Part shown: positions 1 to 12,636 of the stretch, in pieces
Numbering within the stretch: the stretch's first letter is position 1
Layout: the number at the start of each line of letters is the position of its first letter
Source of the DNA: Macrostomum lignano
Taxonomy: Eukaryota
Direction: 5' to 3'
DNA: 64,000 nt
NCBI GenBank assembly: GCA_002269645.1
Contig: NIVC01002322.1
Span: 1-64,000 of the forward strand
Translations under genes and position numbers: made by a program
Notes under the pieces: generated by a model
Seen by the model: only the letters and a program-made list of their open reading frames with translations
Told to the model about the DNA's origin: nothing
Databases searched by the model: none

Positions 1-74
1 GCCAACGCCACTCGCGTAAAAAAAGTTACAGAAGCACCCTGTGACCAGACCGTTTCTAATTATTATCTTCGCTT

Positions 75-1209
75 AATTTAGTTTCTTCTTAGAACCCATT
101 TTTAAGAGTCACCCTCTAGAACCCCATTTCTCAAAATCGCCTTCTGAAGCAGCATTTCTAAGAATTGCCATCTGGAACCCCATTTCTAAGAATCGCCCTC
201 TGGAACCCCATTTCTCAAAATCGCCTTCTGAAGCCACATTTCTTAGAATCTTCTTCTGTAACCCCATTTCTAAGAATCGTTCTCTGGAGCCGCATTTCTA
301 AGAATCGCCCCTGGAACCCTATTCTAAGAATCGTCTTCTGTAACCAATTTCTAAGAATCGTTCTCTGGAGCCGCATTTCTAAGAATCGCCCTCTGGAACC
401 CCATTTCGAAGAATCGCCCTCTGGAACCCCATTTTTAAGAATCGCCCTCTGGAGCCCCATTTCTAAGAATCGCCCTCTGGAACCCCATTTCTAAGAATCG
501 CCATCTGGAACCCCATTTCTAAGAATCGCCTTCTGGAACCCCATTTCTAAGAATCGCCTTCTGGAACCCCATTTCTAAGAATCGCCCTCTGGAACCCATT
601 TTTAAGAATCGCCCTCTGTAACACCATTTCTAAGAATCGCCCTCTGAAGCCGCATTTCTAAGAATCGCCTTCTGGAACCCCATTTCTAAGAATCGCCCTC
701 TTGAACCCCTTTTCTAAGAATCGCCTTCTGAAGCCAAATTTCTAAGAATCGCCCTCTGGAACCCCATTTCTAAGAATCGCCCTCTTGAACCCCATTTCTA
801 AGAATCGCCCTCTTGAACCCCATTTCTAAGAATCGCCTTCTGGAACCCCATTTCTAAGAATCGCCTTCTGGAACCCCCATTTCTAAGAATCGCCTTCTGA
901 ATCCGCATTTCTAAGAATCGCCCTCTGGAACCCCATTTCTAAGAATCGCCCTCTTGAACTCCATTTCTAAGAATTTCCTTCTGGAACCCCATTTCTAAGA
1001 ATCGCCCTCTGAAGCCGCATTTCTAAGAATCGCCTTTTGAAGCCGAATTTCTAAGAATCGCCTTTTGAAGCCGAATTTCTAAGAATCGCCTTTTGAAGCC
1101 GAATTTCTAAGAATCGCCCTCTGGAACCCCATTTCTAAGAATCGCCCTCTGGAACCCCATTTCTAAGAATCGCCCTCTGGAACCCCATTTCTAAGAATCG
1201 CCTTTTAGC
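75..1209. repeat. ~30-bp tandem minisatellite (tttctaagaatcgccctctggaacccca), intronic to Pellino
   Basis: Dozens of near-identical units are visible. The related ttctaagaatcgc motif recurs at ~2250-2450 on the other side of the Pellino exon. Confidence 0.95.
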
Positions 1210-1270
1210 CTATTCTAAATGTAGGCACACTGGCTCACAGCACTCGTCCCCTGTCCCTCCACTCGCGCAG

Positions 1271-2054
1271 GTGAGCACGCTATTCGCTGGAATGTGACAA
1301 CTGACGAAGTTGACGGCCTGACAACCAACGGCGTCCTTATCAACAAGCCGGTGGGCGGCTACTGCCCCGGCAGCCAGCCGGGCCCCTGGTTCGAGGTGAG
1401 CATCGAAGGCCGGCTTTACCCCATGCGTGAGCACCGGGCCACCCCGTCGCATTCGGACGTGCTGCACGCGGTTGACAACTCGCTGATTGACGGCACGGTC
1501 ATCGACCTGTGTGGAGTCTGCCTGGTGTACCGCTCCGCTGAGGGTCTGCGGCGCAGTCCCACCCTGCTGGAGCTCTGCTCGCGAGTTGAGTCGCTCAACC
1601 AGACGCACATCCTGTGCCCGGTCCGCTACCAGACTCTGGTGATCCGGAAGCCCCTGCAAGCGAATCCCGCCTCAGCCGCAGGCGGCGGCGGCTCGATGCC
1701 AGACGATCGGCAGCCGTACGTGTACACCGGCTGCGGCCACGTGCACGGCCTGCACAGCTGGGACAGGCCCGGCGGACAGCAGCAGCCGGACAGGCGAACC
1801 TGTCCGCTGTGTCTGCAACAATCTGCTTTTATTGCCCTACGCCTAGGAGAAGAGGCGGCGCTGTATTTGGACAGAGACGGGATGCCAAATTATGCGTTTA
1901 ACCCGTGCGGTCATATGGCCTCGGAGCTCACAGTGAAGTATTGGTCTGCGCTGCCGCTGCTCACGGCCAGCCAGCTCAGGCCGCTGTGCCCATTCTGCTC
2001 AACACGCTGGCTACTCCGGCCACAATCAGACTGCTGTTCCAGTCTGACATTTGA
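1271..2054 (+). CDS. PELI: Pellino E3 ubiquitin ligase, terminal exon (C-terminal FHA part plus RING-like domain); apparent 1-nt frameshift near 2003
   Basis: Acceptor ...ctcgcgcAG|1271. Motifs: GEHAIRW...DGLTTNGVL, W.E.S..G..Y..RE, L.DG..IDLCG, CPV...TL, QPYVY..CGHVHG, CPLC, FNPCGH, YWS..PL, CPFC. The Pellino-like end IRLLFQSDI* lies in a shifted frame (stop 2052-2054). Upstream exons were not found in the window. Confidence 0.92.
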
Positions 2055-2859
2055 CTGCCTGTTGATTACACACTATTTAACCTCTCGTTATATCTACTTT
2101 CTAAGAATATCGGTCCCGTTTGTTTGTTTCTAAGAATCAGTTTTCTAGGAAACGCAGAAAATCTTATATCATGGAAATATTAAATTAGAACAATTCAAAC
2201 AATTGCTCTTATACGAGTAACCTATGTTCAAAGACTATCCTCTCGACTTCGCGTCTTAGAATTGCTGCTTCGAATTCGTTTCTAAGAATCGCTGCTTCAA
2301 ATTTGTTTCTAAGAATCGCTGCTCAAATTCGATTCTAAGAATCGCTCCTTTGACTTCGATTCTAAGAATCGCTGCTCAAATTCGATTCTAAGAATCGCTG
2401 CTCTGAAATTCGTTTATTAGACTCTACACACGAATTTGTTTCTAAGAAAGGTCACCTAAACTTATTTCTAGGAATCGCACTTACAAAATTGTATATGACA
2501 ATAAAATTTTCTGCTGGGACCTGTTTACTGCGTTATAAACATCTTTCGGCTTCTGTGCTAAGCAAGAATCTGGATGATGAATACCAATAGATTTACCTGT
2601 TAACTTGTTTTGTTATGAAGCAAATTTATTTATTTTTCTCGCCTACTGAGTTTTGTCTTGTACGGCTCGCCAAATAATGCTAGTAATATATGCTTATTCC
2701 TGTGCAAACTGAATCGTGCATACTTGCATACTCTGTGGCTACAGTAGCTGAACTAATAATTTTTACAAATAGATTTTGCTACACTTTATTTGCTTGTACT
2801 TTTGCATTATGGCAGTGCGGCTAAACTTTAAATGGCAGGTGTGTACCGAATTCTGCGTC

Positions 2860-3362
2860 CCTTCTCGCTTCACCCTTCATTCTCCCCTCTACCCCTCACA
2901 TCCCCCTCTACCCTTCTACCCCTCGCATCCCCTCTACCCTCACATCCCCCTCTACCCTCACATCCCCCTCTACCCCTCACATCCCCCTCTACCCTTCTAC
3001 CCCTCGCATCCCCATCTACCCTCACATCCCCCTCTACCCTCACATCCCCCTCTACCCTCGCATCCCCCTCTACCCCTCACCCTCTGTACCCCTCAGCCCC
3101 TCTACCCCTCATTCCACTCTACACCTCATCCCCTCTGCCCTCATTCCCCCTGCCCTTATTCCCCCTTCTACCCTCATCCCCTCTACCCCTCACCCCTCTA
3201 CCCCTCACCCCCTCTACCCCTCACCCCCTCTACCCCTCACCCTCTCTACCCCTCATCCCCCTCTAACCCCATCCCCCTCTACTCCTCACCCCCTCTACCC
3301 CTCACCCTCTGTACCCCTCAGCCCCTCTACCCCTCATTCCACTCTACACCTCACCCCTCTCT
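2860..3362. repeat. C-rich low-complexity minisatellite (cccctctaccctcacat-like)
   Basis: Direct inspection. It produces spurious Pro/His ORFs. Confidence 0.9.
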
Positions 3363-3830
3363 GCCTTCATTAGATTGCAGGTACTAGTTTCTTAATTTTT
3401 TTCTAAACAAAAGCTTTCTGAATTACTGTATTCTGACCCTGTGTTTTTGAACTAACCGAATTGGTTTTTTTAACCTAATATTAAGTGAATAGTTTGATAA
3501 AACAGCCATTTTTACTCGTAATTCTCCACCTCACTCGAAATTCAGGTAAATCAGAGTTTAAGGCCCAAATCTTGTTAGATTGACATTCACTGTTAGATTT
3601 CAGTCACAGTTAACTGTGCACCCTGCCTTCTTTCCACTGTCCCCAACCTTGCTGCTTATTTTCAAACTTTGTTTCTTTAAGTCATGAGCTTTCTTTAAGC
3701 TTTTTTCATATTGTCTGTCAGTTTCCTGTCTGCATGGTTATTTTATTATTTCTGTTTTGGCCATCTTCGCGCGTATGGTCAGGTGCTAGAATCGTGTCCC
3801 GTTCTCGGCCTCACTGCCCGACTAACCAGT

Positions 3831-3995
3831 TCCTTATCCAGCCTGAGCACCCCAAACTGACCAGTGAGTGCCCTTATCCAGCCTGAGCACCCCAAACTGA
3901 CCAGTGAGTGCCCTTATCCAGCCTGAGCACCCCAAACTGACCAGTGAGTGCCCTTATCCAGCCTGAGCACCCCAAACTGACCAGTGAGTGCCCTT
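3831..3995. repeat. 40-bp tandem repeat x~4
   Basis: The unit ccttatccagcctgagcaccccaaactgaccagtgagtgc recurs at 40-bp spacing. Confidence 0.95.
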
Positions 3996-5036
3996 AGATT
4001 CCAAATCGCCAATTAGATCTCTTCGAATTCTTAAACGACTTCAATTTCAGCACGAATTAACATCGCGTTTGTAACTACACGGTGCATAATAGTAGATATT
4101 GCGTTTCGAATTTTTATTATTGCCTACTTAACTGTATGATAATATGCTCTCTTGGTTTAACTTTAAATTTTGACTGATTTACGTCACCAAAAATGTTTCG
4201 ACCCTAAGATGGAAGCAGAAATTGATTGTCTCTCTCACCTGGCGTTTTGCTTTCAGCCCACCTGGTTGATTTCCCTGCCTATTTTTTTATCCCCAACCTT
4301 AATTGCTGTTGGTTTGCTCGGTAAATTTATTATCCCAGTTGTTAATTAATTAGAGATTTGAAAACTACCTTTAACCTGATAAGTAGTGCAGTAGTAATAT
4401 GTTGCGAATATTATTATCTTTTTTCATTCTACTTGTAAATCTGTATCGTTTAAAATTCGACTTGCTGATTTCCCGTAGCCAATGAGAACAAGCCAATCAG
4501 TAATCAATGATGCAGCGCTGCTGCTGCGTCTGCCCCTCCCCGGTAAACTTCACCCAGTATTATAACTATTCACATTAATAACCATTACCATGTAATTATG
4601 ATTTGGATGTTTATCTGAATTAAACTGCCCACTAATTATTAAATAAACGAAACCAACTTGCCTCCTTTTTAACCAGCAAGCACACACGAACTCAATAATT
4701 GAAGCGGTGACGTCATTTTTATTCCTATTTGGCTTACTGATTTTTTTAATTACGTCAAGCCTGAGCATTGTAGTATATTTAGAGGACAGAGAATGAGAGA
4801 ACAGGTTAAAAGCAATTAGTGGTAAGCAGAGCTTTCTTATACAGAATGTAGTCAGTCATTAATTACATTATTAACATGATTTGTACAGGATTTTTGCACG
4901 CCAAAAGTATAGTTAAAAATGCACTTTTTTAACAAAAAGAAACCGGTGAGCATTTTTGAGCGATTGTAGGAGTCGGTCGGGTTTCTTAATGAAAAAGCAG
5001 TTCTTGTTTTGAAAATTTTGTCCCGTATTGGTACAT

Positions 5037-7888
5037 TTACACCACAATTTCGTATGTGAATTTGCCGCGAGTCGTGTCGTTGTGGCCTCCAGCTTCTGAT
5101 GAGGCTGCGGCGGAGGTTGTTGCCTGGTTGCCGGGTTTTGCCTGTTGTTGCTGCTGCTGCTGCTTCTTCTGCCTCAGTTTAACAAGCGTCGAGGCGGATG
5201 AAACTGCTGAGGTGGCGGCGGCAGTGCCGTTGTTGCCAACCGTGGCTGTCCGGGTCAGCGGCGGACCAAATGTGGACTTGACCGGCTGACGGCCGCCTGC
5301 GTTTAGGTGGGAGTTGGGGCAACTCGTGATTGCATTGCAGTAGGCGATTCTGTGGGAACCTGGGTACGGGGGTTTCAATTTGGATCGGGATTCTCTATCG
5401 GGACTTTGTGAATCGGGATTCTCTATCGGGACTTTGTGAATCGGGATTCTCTATCGGGACTTTCCGAATCTGGATCGGCTTTACATAGAGGATTTCTTAT
5501 TTCGCAGGTGTTCAGATTTCTACATCCACCATTTAGAAGATCAAACTGTTTCCTAAGCTGAGCAAACCAACCAACCTGCAGACGCGGCTGGCAGCAGGGC
5601 TCCCATCTCGGCCAGCCGGGGTGAGAAGGCCCCGCCGCTGACTGTGGTGGCGAATGTCGTGTCGGCGACTCCGTCAGCGTCAGCGCCGTCCTCAGCGTCG
5701 GCGCAGGGACTGTCGGAACTGTTGGAAATGATGCGGAGTGCTCTAAGATTTTTCTGATTGATAATTAGATAGTATGATGAGGACCTGCGCAGGCTGTGCA
5801 AATTATGTAAACAATATCATTTTCGAGTCTTCACGAACGCGACTTACGGAATCTACCATATCTACACCTTAACGATTTTCATGAACTGCCAATCTGCCCC
5901 TTACATGATCTCCATGAACTGCCAATCTGCCCCTTACACGATTTTCATGAACTGCCAATCTGCCCGTTACACAATTTTCATGAACTGCCAATCTGCCCCT
6001 TACATGATCTTCATGAACTGCCAATCTGCCCCTTACATGATCTCCATGAACTGCCAATCTGCCCCTTACATGATCTCCATGAACTGCCAATCTGCCCCTT
6101 ACATGATCTTCATGAACTGCCAATTTGCCCCTTACATGATCTTCATGAACTGCCAATTTGCCCCTTACATGATCTTCATGAACTGCCAATTTGCCCCTTA
6201 CATGATCTTCATGAACTGCCAACCTACCCCATACCCTACCTTCATGAACTTTAAATAGCTATAAATCAGTAGAGCAGAAGTATAGAACAATAGCAATCAG
6301 ATAAAAATGACTCAGACGCAGGTCATACCGTAAGCTCTCAGTTAATTAATGCCGCTAATTAAAAGCCACGCAGCTCACCTGCTTCCAGGCAGACCCGTCA
6401 CCAGCGAGGAGTGGCCCGACTGCCTCCGTCTGTGCCGACCATGGCTACGACTATTATTATTATTAGTCGCCTTGGCAACCACTAGCAAGCGCCGCCGACG
6501 ATGGCAGACGCAGATTAGCGCAATCAGCAGGGTGCCAATTATGGCGCCACAAACTGCAGCCACAATGGCTATGGTGCTTACGGTCACGTCTGGCAGCCTG
6601 CCAACTGCGGAATTGGGTTGGGGCGGGAGATAAGAACTCTGCAGAGTGAAATAATTGCACCTAAAATTTGCTTCTCAGTCTGTCAGATGCAGAAGCATGT
6701 GGTTCAGTGTCGGTACAATGTGCACTTCAATACTTCTCTTTAGACTGGCTGGAGTCTAACATTTGCAAGCATCTAGTCTAGATCTCTAACATTGGAATCT
6801 AGATCTCTAACATTGGAATCTAGATCTCTAACATTGGAATCTAGATCTCTAACATTGGAATCTAGATCTCTAACTCTGGAATCTACATCTCTAACATTGG
6901 AATCTATATCTCTAACATTGGTATCAACATATCTAACATTGGAATCAACATATCTAACATTGGAATCAACATATCTAACATTGGAATCAACATCTCTAAC
7001 ATCAGAATCTAGATCTCTAACTAACATTGGAATCTACATCTCTAACATTGAAATCTAGATCTCTACATTGAAATCTAGATCTCTAACATTGAAATCTAGA
7101 TCTCTAACATTGAAATCTAGATCTCTACATTGAAATCTAGATCTCTAACATTGAAATCTAGATCTCTAACATTGGAATCTAGATCTCTAACATTGAAATC
7201 TAGATCTCTAACATTGGAATCTAGATCTCTAACATTGAAATCTAGATCTCTAACATTGGAATCTAGATCTCTAACATTGAAATCTAGATCTCTAACATTG
7301 AAATCTAGATCTCTAACATTGGAATCTACATCTCTAACATTGAAATCTAGATCTCTAACATTGAAATCTACATCTCTAACATTGGAATCTAGATCTCTAA
7401 CATTGAAATCTAGATCTCTAACATTGGAATCTAGATAGATCTAGAACATTGGCGCCGAGATTATATCCATTGCATCTCTAGTCTAGTCTAGATCTCTAAG
7501 TCTCTAGTCTAACATTGATCGGCCTATCTAGATCTCCGGCGTTGGCATCTCATGTAGATCTCTGCCTGAACTCTGCCTGAAACGACACCCACTCGTTCAG
7601 GTCCAGGGCTAGATTTTCATGTATAGCCATACATGCCCATGGGCCATGAGTCCATGGCTCTGACTATACATTGTTAAATACATGTACGAGTATACGGGAT
7701 CAGATCAGACAAAGCAAGCAGCTTCGCCACTTACAAACGCTGTCTACAAATTTGCCGCGCTGAATATTTTCTTGATTGCCGTTGCCGCCTCCCACTTGTC
7801 GCCAGTCAGTTGTCGTAGCGATGATCGGCTGCAAAGTTGTATCAGCGCTGCTTCGGTTTGCATTTTCAATTGATGAGGCTGTGTCCAT
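5037..7888 (-). CDS. Putative 4-exon single-pass membrane protein with C-terminal PDZ-ligand-like end (..KFTYEIVV*)
   Basis: Phase-compatible GT-AG model: exons ~7888-7735, ~6660-6379, 5742-5576, 5296-5037. Hydrophobic stretch IAIVAAVCGAIIGTLLIALICVC is followed by HRRRR. No family recognised. Confidence 0.55.
5878..6250. repeat. 27-bp intronic minisatellite (ttcatgaactgccaatctgccccttacatgatc-like)
   Basis: About 13 units visible. Confidence 0.95.
6773..7440. repeat. 21-bp intronic minisatellite (tctagatctctaacattggaa)
   Basis: About 30 units visible. Confidence 0.95.
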
Positions 7889-9186
7889 AGCTAACTAGTT
7901 AATTAAGTTAATAGCAGCAGTTGGCGGTAGATTTATTAAAAATATTCCTAATGAAGTAAGTTTATTCCTTGGCCGTTGTTTAAATAGTATGAATTGGATT
8001 TAATTAGAGACAAGGCCAAGTAGAGCTTAAATTCTTTACTTCGAAACAAAGTCAAGCTAACGAAAGGAGGACGGAAATGCCCACTCATGTATAGCCAGTC
8101 GTCGGTATAGTTGCTTTTGTGGGGGTTGGAAGGGCTTTCTTATATATTCTTTCTGCTTTAGAAGAAGGCCTCCAATTCAAATAACATCGCAGGGGGGCTT
8201 GAACAGAGGTGACTGGAATGACTCACTATCTATATTATTGCAAAACCAATTGGGGAAATTAAGGCGAGTCTACGGGCCGGGGGGCGGCTATTTTACAGCG
8301 CGTGAGGAGAGAGCGAGACGAGGGGCTCCAACGATTCAAGGAGGGGGCTCCCCTCTGGACTAGACATTTCAATATGTACATTGCGCAATGTACATTTGTT
8401 TTACGATCCAGAACCCCTCTGCCCCCCTCGGCCTCCACATGCGCACGAGTGTTTAGCTGGGGAAAGGGGGTTGGCAAGGCTGGCTTGTCGGCCTTACGGG
8501 CTTTTTGCGCTTAAGTTTTCTAATATGGAGGGTTGCGGCGGGAGTGAGAATTGCACAATTACGAGCTATATATTATCTATCGGAAAAGGACGGAACTGCG
8601 AAGCGGTGACCCGGGCTTAAGGGCGATAGTTAAATTCGAAGGCATAGGAAGGCTTTTTTTTCAAGTTTAGGACAGTTATATTTATAAGAATCTACGACAT
8701 GTAGAATTTAGAATTTTAGTATCAAAGTATCAATTGCACAAAGTACATTACGAGCACTATAAGCAGAAAGAATGTATCTAATTCCGGTGTTGCAAAAAGT
8801 AATCTGTGAAAAGGCAAAAATTGTGTTTTTGTCGAGGCTTAGATTATTAGAAATTCGGCGCCAAAAAGGCCCTAAAATTAAATTTTCATTATTTAGATGG
8901 GAATTTTTGAACGTGTATTAAAAATTATAAACATAACTCGCTCTACGCTACCAGTTTCAGTAGCAATGAGCTATTAGTTGGTCAGTCAGTCGGTCGACAG
9001 TAGTTAAGTTTTCTGAAACAAAGCTGTGATGTCTATGGCAATAGCTAATTTTATTGAAACGCGGAATTGGCAATGCTGTGCGCGAAAGGATTTTTGAGAA
9101 TATTTTACTCTGTTTAGTTATCAATTTCTGTTCCCTTTCAGCAAAGCACGTAGTTGGCTAGCCTGCCTATTCAGCAACACGCTGCC

Positions 9187-10143
9187 ATGTCGGAAAACAC
9201 TCTCAAAGTTGGCGCCGACGAGAAGCCCGTTGACCAGCAGGCTGAAACTGAGAATCAAGACGAAGAATCCAACAAGAAGACTGAGGATCAAAACAAAGAT
9301 AACAAAGAAGCCGAGTCTAAGGATCAAGACAAAGACGACAAAGAAGCCAACGAGACCGAGGATCAAGACAAAGACGACAAAGAAGCCAACGAGACCGAGG
9401 ATCAAGACAAAGACGACAAAGAAGCCAACGAGACTGAGGATCAAAACAAAGACGACAAAGAAGCCAACGAGACTGAGGATCAAGACAAAGACGACAAAGA
9501 AACCAACAAGACTGAGGATCAAGACAAAGACGACAAAGGAGCCGAGATTGAGGATCAAGACGAGGAAGACAAAGAATCCGAGATTGAGGATCAAGACGAG
9601 GAAGACAAAGAATCCGAGACTGAGGATCAAGACAAAGAAGTCAACAAGAAGACTGAAGAGCTAGAGCAAGCAGCCAAGAAGACTGAGGATAAGGACCAGG
9701 CTGAAACTGGGAATACCAGAACTGTCATTCAGCCCGCTGACGATGATGAAGATTATGATGAAGACGAGGACGATGAAATTGTAGATAGTAATGAAGATGA
9801 TACTCCTCCAACTCCTCCTCATAAAAAGTACGAGTACATCCAACATACTAAAAATGATGATGGAACTGACCTGAAGTTGGAATCAAACGAAACGAGAATA
9901 CTGCGCACAGAGGAAGTAAAACAGAGTAAAAAAGAAGAGAAGAAACGAAAAAAGGAGGCCGAAAAGCAAGCTAAGTTAGAAAAGAAGCTAGCCAAGAAGA
10001 ATGAGAAGTTAAAGAAAAAGCAAGAGAAGATGGCTAAAAAGGAAGCGAAAAAGCTCGCGAAGAAGCAGGCGAAAGAGGAAAAAAAACGACGCGAAGACGA
10101 AATAAAGCGGGTGAAAGAGGAAAGGAAACAACGCGAAAAATAA
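9187..10143 (+). CDS. Highly charged repetitive protein: Asp/Glu-rich repeats (DQDKDDKEANETE) followed by a Lys/Glu coiled-coil tail
   Basis: Long ORF from ATG 9187 with codon-periodic repeats and unique non-repeat segments. aataaa follows at ~10169. No family recognised. Confidence 0.65.
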   Translation: MSENTLKVGADEKPVDQQAETENQDEESNKKTEDQNKDNKEAESKDQDKDDKEANETEDQDKDDKEANETEDQDKDDKEANETEDQNKDDKEANETEDQDKDDKETNKTEDQDKDDKGAEIEDQDEEDKESEIEDQDEEDKESETEDQDKEVNKKTEELEQAAKKTEDKDQAETGNTRTVIQPADDDEDYDEDEDDEIVDSNEDDTPPTPPHKKYEYIQHTKNDDGTDLKLESNETRILRTEEVKQSKKEEKKRKKEAEKQAKLEKKLAKKNEKLKKKQEKMAKKEAKKLAKKQAKEEKKRREDEIKRVKEERKQREK

Positions 10144-10482
10144 CAAAAGCAGGCAAAAGCTAAGTAGAATAAAAACAACCGATAAGCTGGAATCCCATCG
10201 ACACCGCACCAATAACTTTCTCAGTCATAAGGTTGCTTTGTCTTTTTGTTGTCGACTCATTGAGCATATGAAATTGATTTGAACAAATAAAAACGATTTG
10301 CGATAATTTCGTTTATTTTGAGTTAATTTAAATTGTAATTTTTTTCTTTATCAGATTACTGAAGGTTGAAACTATCTAACTACTCGGTTTAAAAAAATAA
10401 CATCGTAGCTTGAGCATCAGTGCATGACATACCCCGTACCGTAGCATCCAAAGAAGTTTGATAGCTAGTATCCGTATTAACA

Positions 10483-11492
10483 GCAACAACAACAACAACA
10501 ACAACAACAACAAAAACAACAACAACAACAACAAATTACGCAGCCCCGCAAGCAAAGTCGCAGAGCAGGGTGCGTCAGATGGCGCGCCGCAGAGCCTGAG
10601 AGCGGACGAAGTCCGCCCCGTTGGCAGTGTCGGGCGCCCCGGCGTCGCGTAGGAGGCAGTCCACGTATCGACGGGTTTGGGCCTGACCCCGCCTGAGCGG
10701 GCCCTGCAGGGTGAGCAGCAGGACGTCCTGAACAGGTTGGGGGCAGTAGCTCTGCCCGGATCATGCGGTGGCCCACCAGTTGACGTTGGCACCGGCGCAG
10801 GATGATGGACGGGCGCTGCAGCTTGGCCCGATCGTACAGGGCCTCTGTCCCGACGCTCTTGTCAGCTCGAAAGGCCGCACGGAGCAGTCCTGAGTGCGCC
10901 GAGTCCAGCTGCCGCTCCAGTGTAGCCGTCAGCGTCCACGTCTTAGCGTTGTAGAGCAGGACGGTTTCGACCACCGCCACCACAGCCGAGCCCTCTGGCG
11001 GTCGAGCAGCGTTTCGGACTGGACGACGGCCCGGAAGAAGGCCGCCCAGGCAAGTCCTCGGCGCCGCCGAAGGTTTTCCTCCACGTGAGGCACCAGACCG
11101 CCGAGGTAGATGAACCGCTGGCAGCGTGCTAGCTTGGTTGTCTGCCCGTCTGCGCCGCGGCACGTCAGGTCCGCTGGGATGTCGACCGGCACTGTCAGCA
11201 CCTCAGTCTTCAGAGTGTTGACAACCAGACCAACGCTCGATGCCACCTCGACCAGCTAGGCGCCTTCAACAAGGACAGGAGGGCGAGGTCGTCGGCGTAG
11301 CCAAACACGCTCAGGCGCTTTTCGCCGTGGCGGCGACCGATGCGTCTGCGCAGCAGGAAGCCATCGCCAGCCGAGGGGAGTGCGGTCTGAAGCACCCAGT
11401 CCAGCAGCAGCACGAAGAGCAACGGCGCCAGCGTGTCGCCCTGCAGAACTCCTGATGAAGTGTCGAACAGGTCAGACAGGCGTCACCACAGC
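10483..11492 (-). mobile_element. 5'-truncated, frameshifted RTE-like non-LTR retrotransposon fragment with (TTG)n 3' tail
   Basis: RT motifs SGVLQGDTLAPLLF, VFGYADDLALL and FIYLGG, C-terminal VDCLLRDAGAP..ALRRAI*, then (caa)n on the plus strand. Confidence 0.88.
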
Positions 11493-11512
11493 AATCCCAG
11501 AGCTACATGTAT

Positions 11513-11670
11513 CCAGAGTTCATCCAGACAACTGGACCTTTCTTTCTCCGGCAGGTCCGGTTCCAACTAGATTCCAATCCCAGAGCTATCCAGAGTTCAT
11601 CCAGACAACTGGACCTTTCTTTCTCCGGCAGGTCCGGTTCCAACTAGATTCCAATCCCAGAGCTATCCAG
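11513..11670. repeat. 77-bp direct tandem duplication abutting the RTE fragment 5' end
   Basis: The unit starting ccagagttcatccagac occurs at 11513 and 11590. It is mirrored at ~28785-28942. Confidence 0.9.
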
Positions 11671-12636
11671 TCTTCTCGAATGAATGCGAATCTTTCAACT
11701 TTACATGGCAACTGTCAGATTGCACAGGCTATAACCATTGTTGGTTGGCTGTTGACTTTGAAACAGGTGAAATCCGCACTTTTGTCTTTCTTTCGAAATA
11801 GAAAATAGTAGAAAAAGTTGCAATTGAAAGCAGAATATTTACACAGGACACCATTCACTGTTGGACAATCACATGGCTGAATTTTGAGACAGTCAGGTTT
11901 GTGCGAGGTTTCAGTGTAAAAAAAGTTACAAGCCAGCACAAATGACTTTTGGGAAGAACCTCGTAATTACCAGGATAGATACAATTATAATGAACATCCT
12001 TGAGGAACTTCACTGACCAACCCGAACTCCGAACAAAATTACCAACCGTAACGTCAGGACGGTGCAAGGCAGCGACGATACGTAGGAACTATCAGGGAAC
12101 GAAAGACGGTCCGCTTTTCCCTTTGTAGGACCAGAGAGAATAATGGTAAAAAACGAAAAAATTCAAGGAAAATATCAATAGCTACTTGGAAGAGGAAGTC
12201 AAAGAGAAAAATTCTGTTGCTAAAAAGTATCAGTAAGTAGTATATGCAGCAAGCGCGTCTCGATTTGTTCAAGAGTGAAGTTGTTGAAGAAGGTTCAGTT
12301 GAAAGCTACTGGAACAAAAAGGCACCTTAAATTAAAATACGAATTACTAGCTAATTACTGAATTCTCCATTCTCCCAACTTACGATTCAGGATTCAGATC
12401 CAATACGACTCGTATACTAAAAATTAAAGACTATAGATTCAATTTTCTAAACAAAAATAAGCTTCATCATAGTCTATTTCGTGGACATAGACTATAAATT
12501 TAATTTCACTCCTCCCAGTTCGGAACAGGTCTTTCAAAAGAGCTTGAATAGCCAATTTAAAGTCCTAGCGCGCTTAACTCGCTTAAGAGCAAATAAATCA
12601 AGCAAATTTAAACAGCTGAAGCCTTTAATTGCCAGC

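Noticed and set aside
165-494. ORFs in the 30-bp repeat, and likewise ORFs at 2776-3387, 5869-6258, 6773-7438, 36282-36917, 46591-47347 and 60451-61268
   Set aside because: Artefacts of tandem repeats lacking stops. They lie in introns or intergenic DNA and have no splice, start or homology support.
3831-3995. Regular repeats (40-, 80- and 77-bp units) as possible CRISPR arrays
   Set aside because: Head-to-tail units with no unique spacers, no cas genes, and a eukaryotic context.
11513-11670. 77-bp tandem dimer as a hammerhead/retrozyme (ctggatga, gaaa words on the minus strand)
   Set aside because: The core is not CUGAnGA and the three helices could not be formed.
12481-12636. N-terminal extension of the protamine-like ORF from a GTG start
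   Set aside because: AT-rich promoter/UTR-like sequence containing the TATA-like box. ATG 12637 is the better start.
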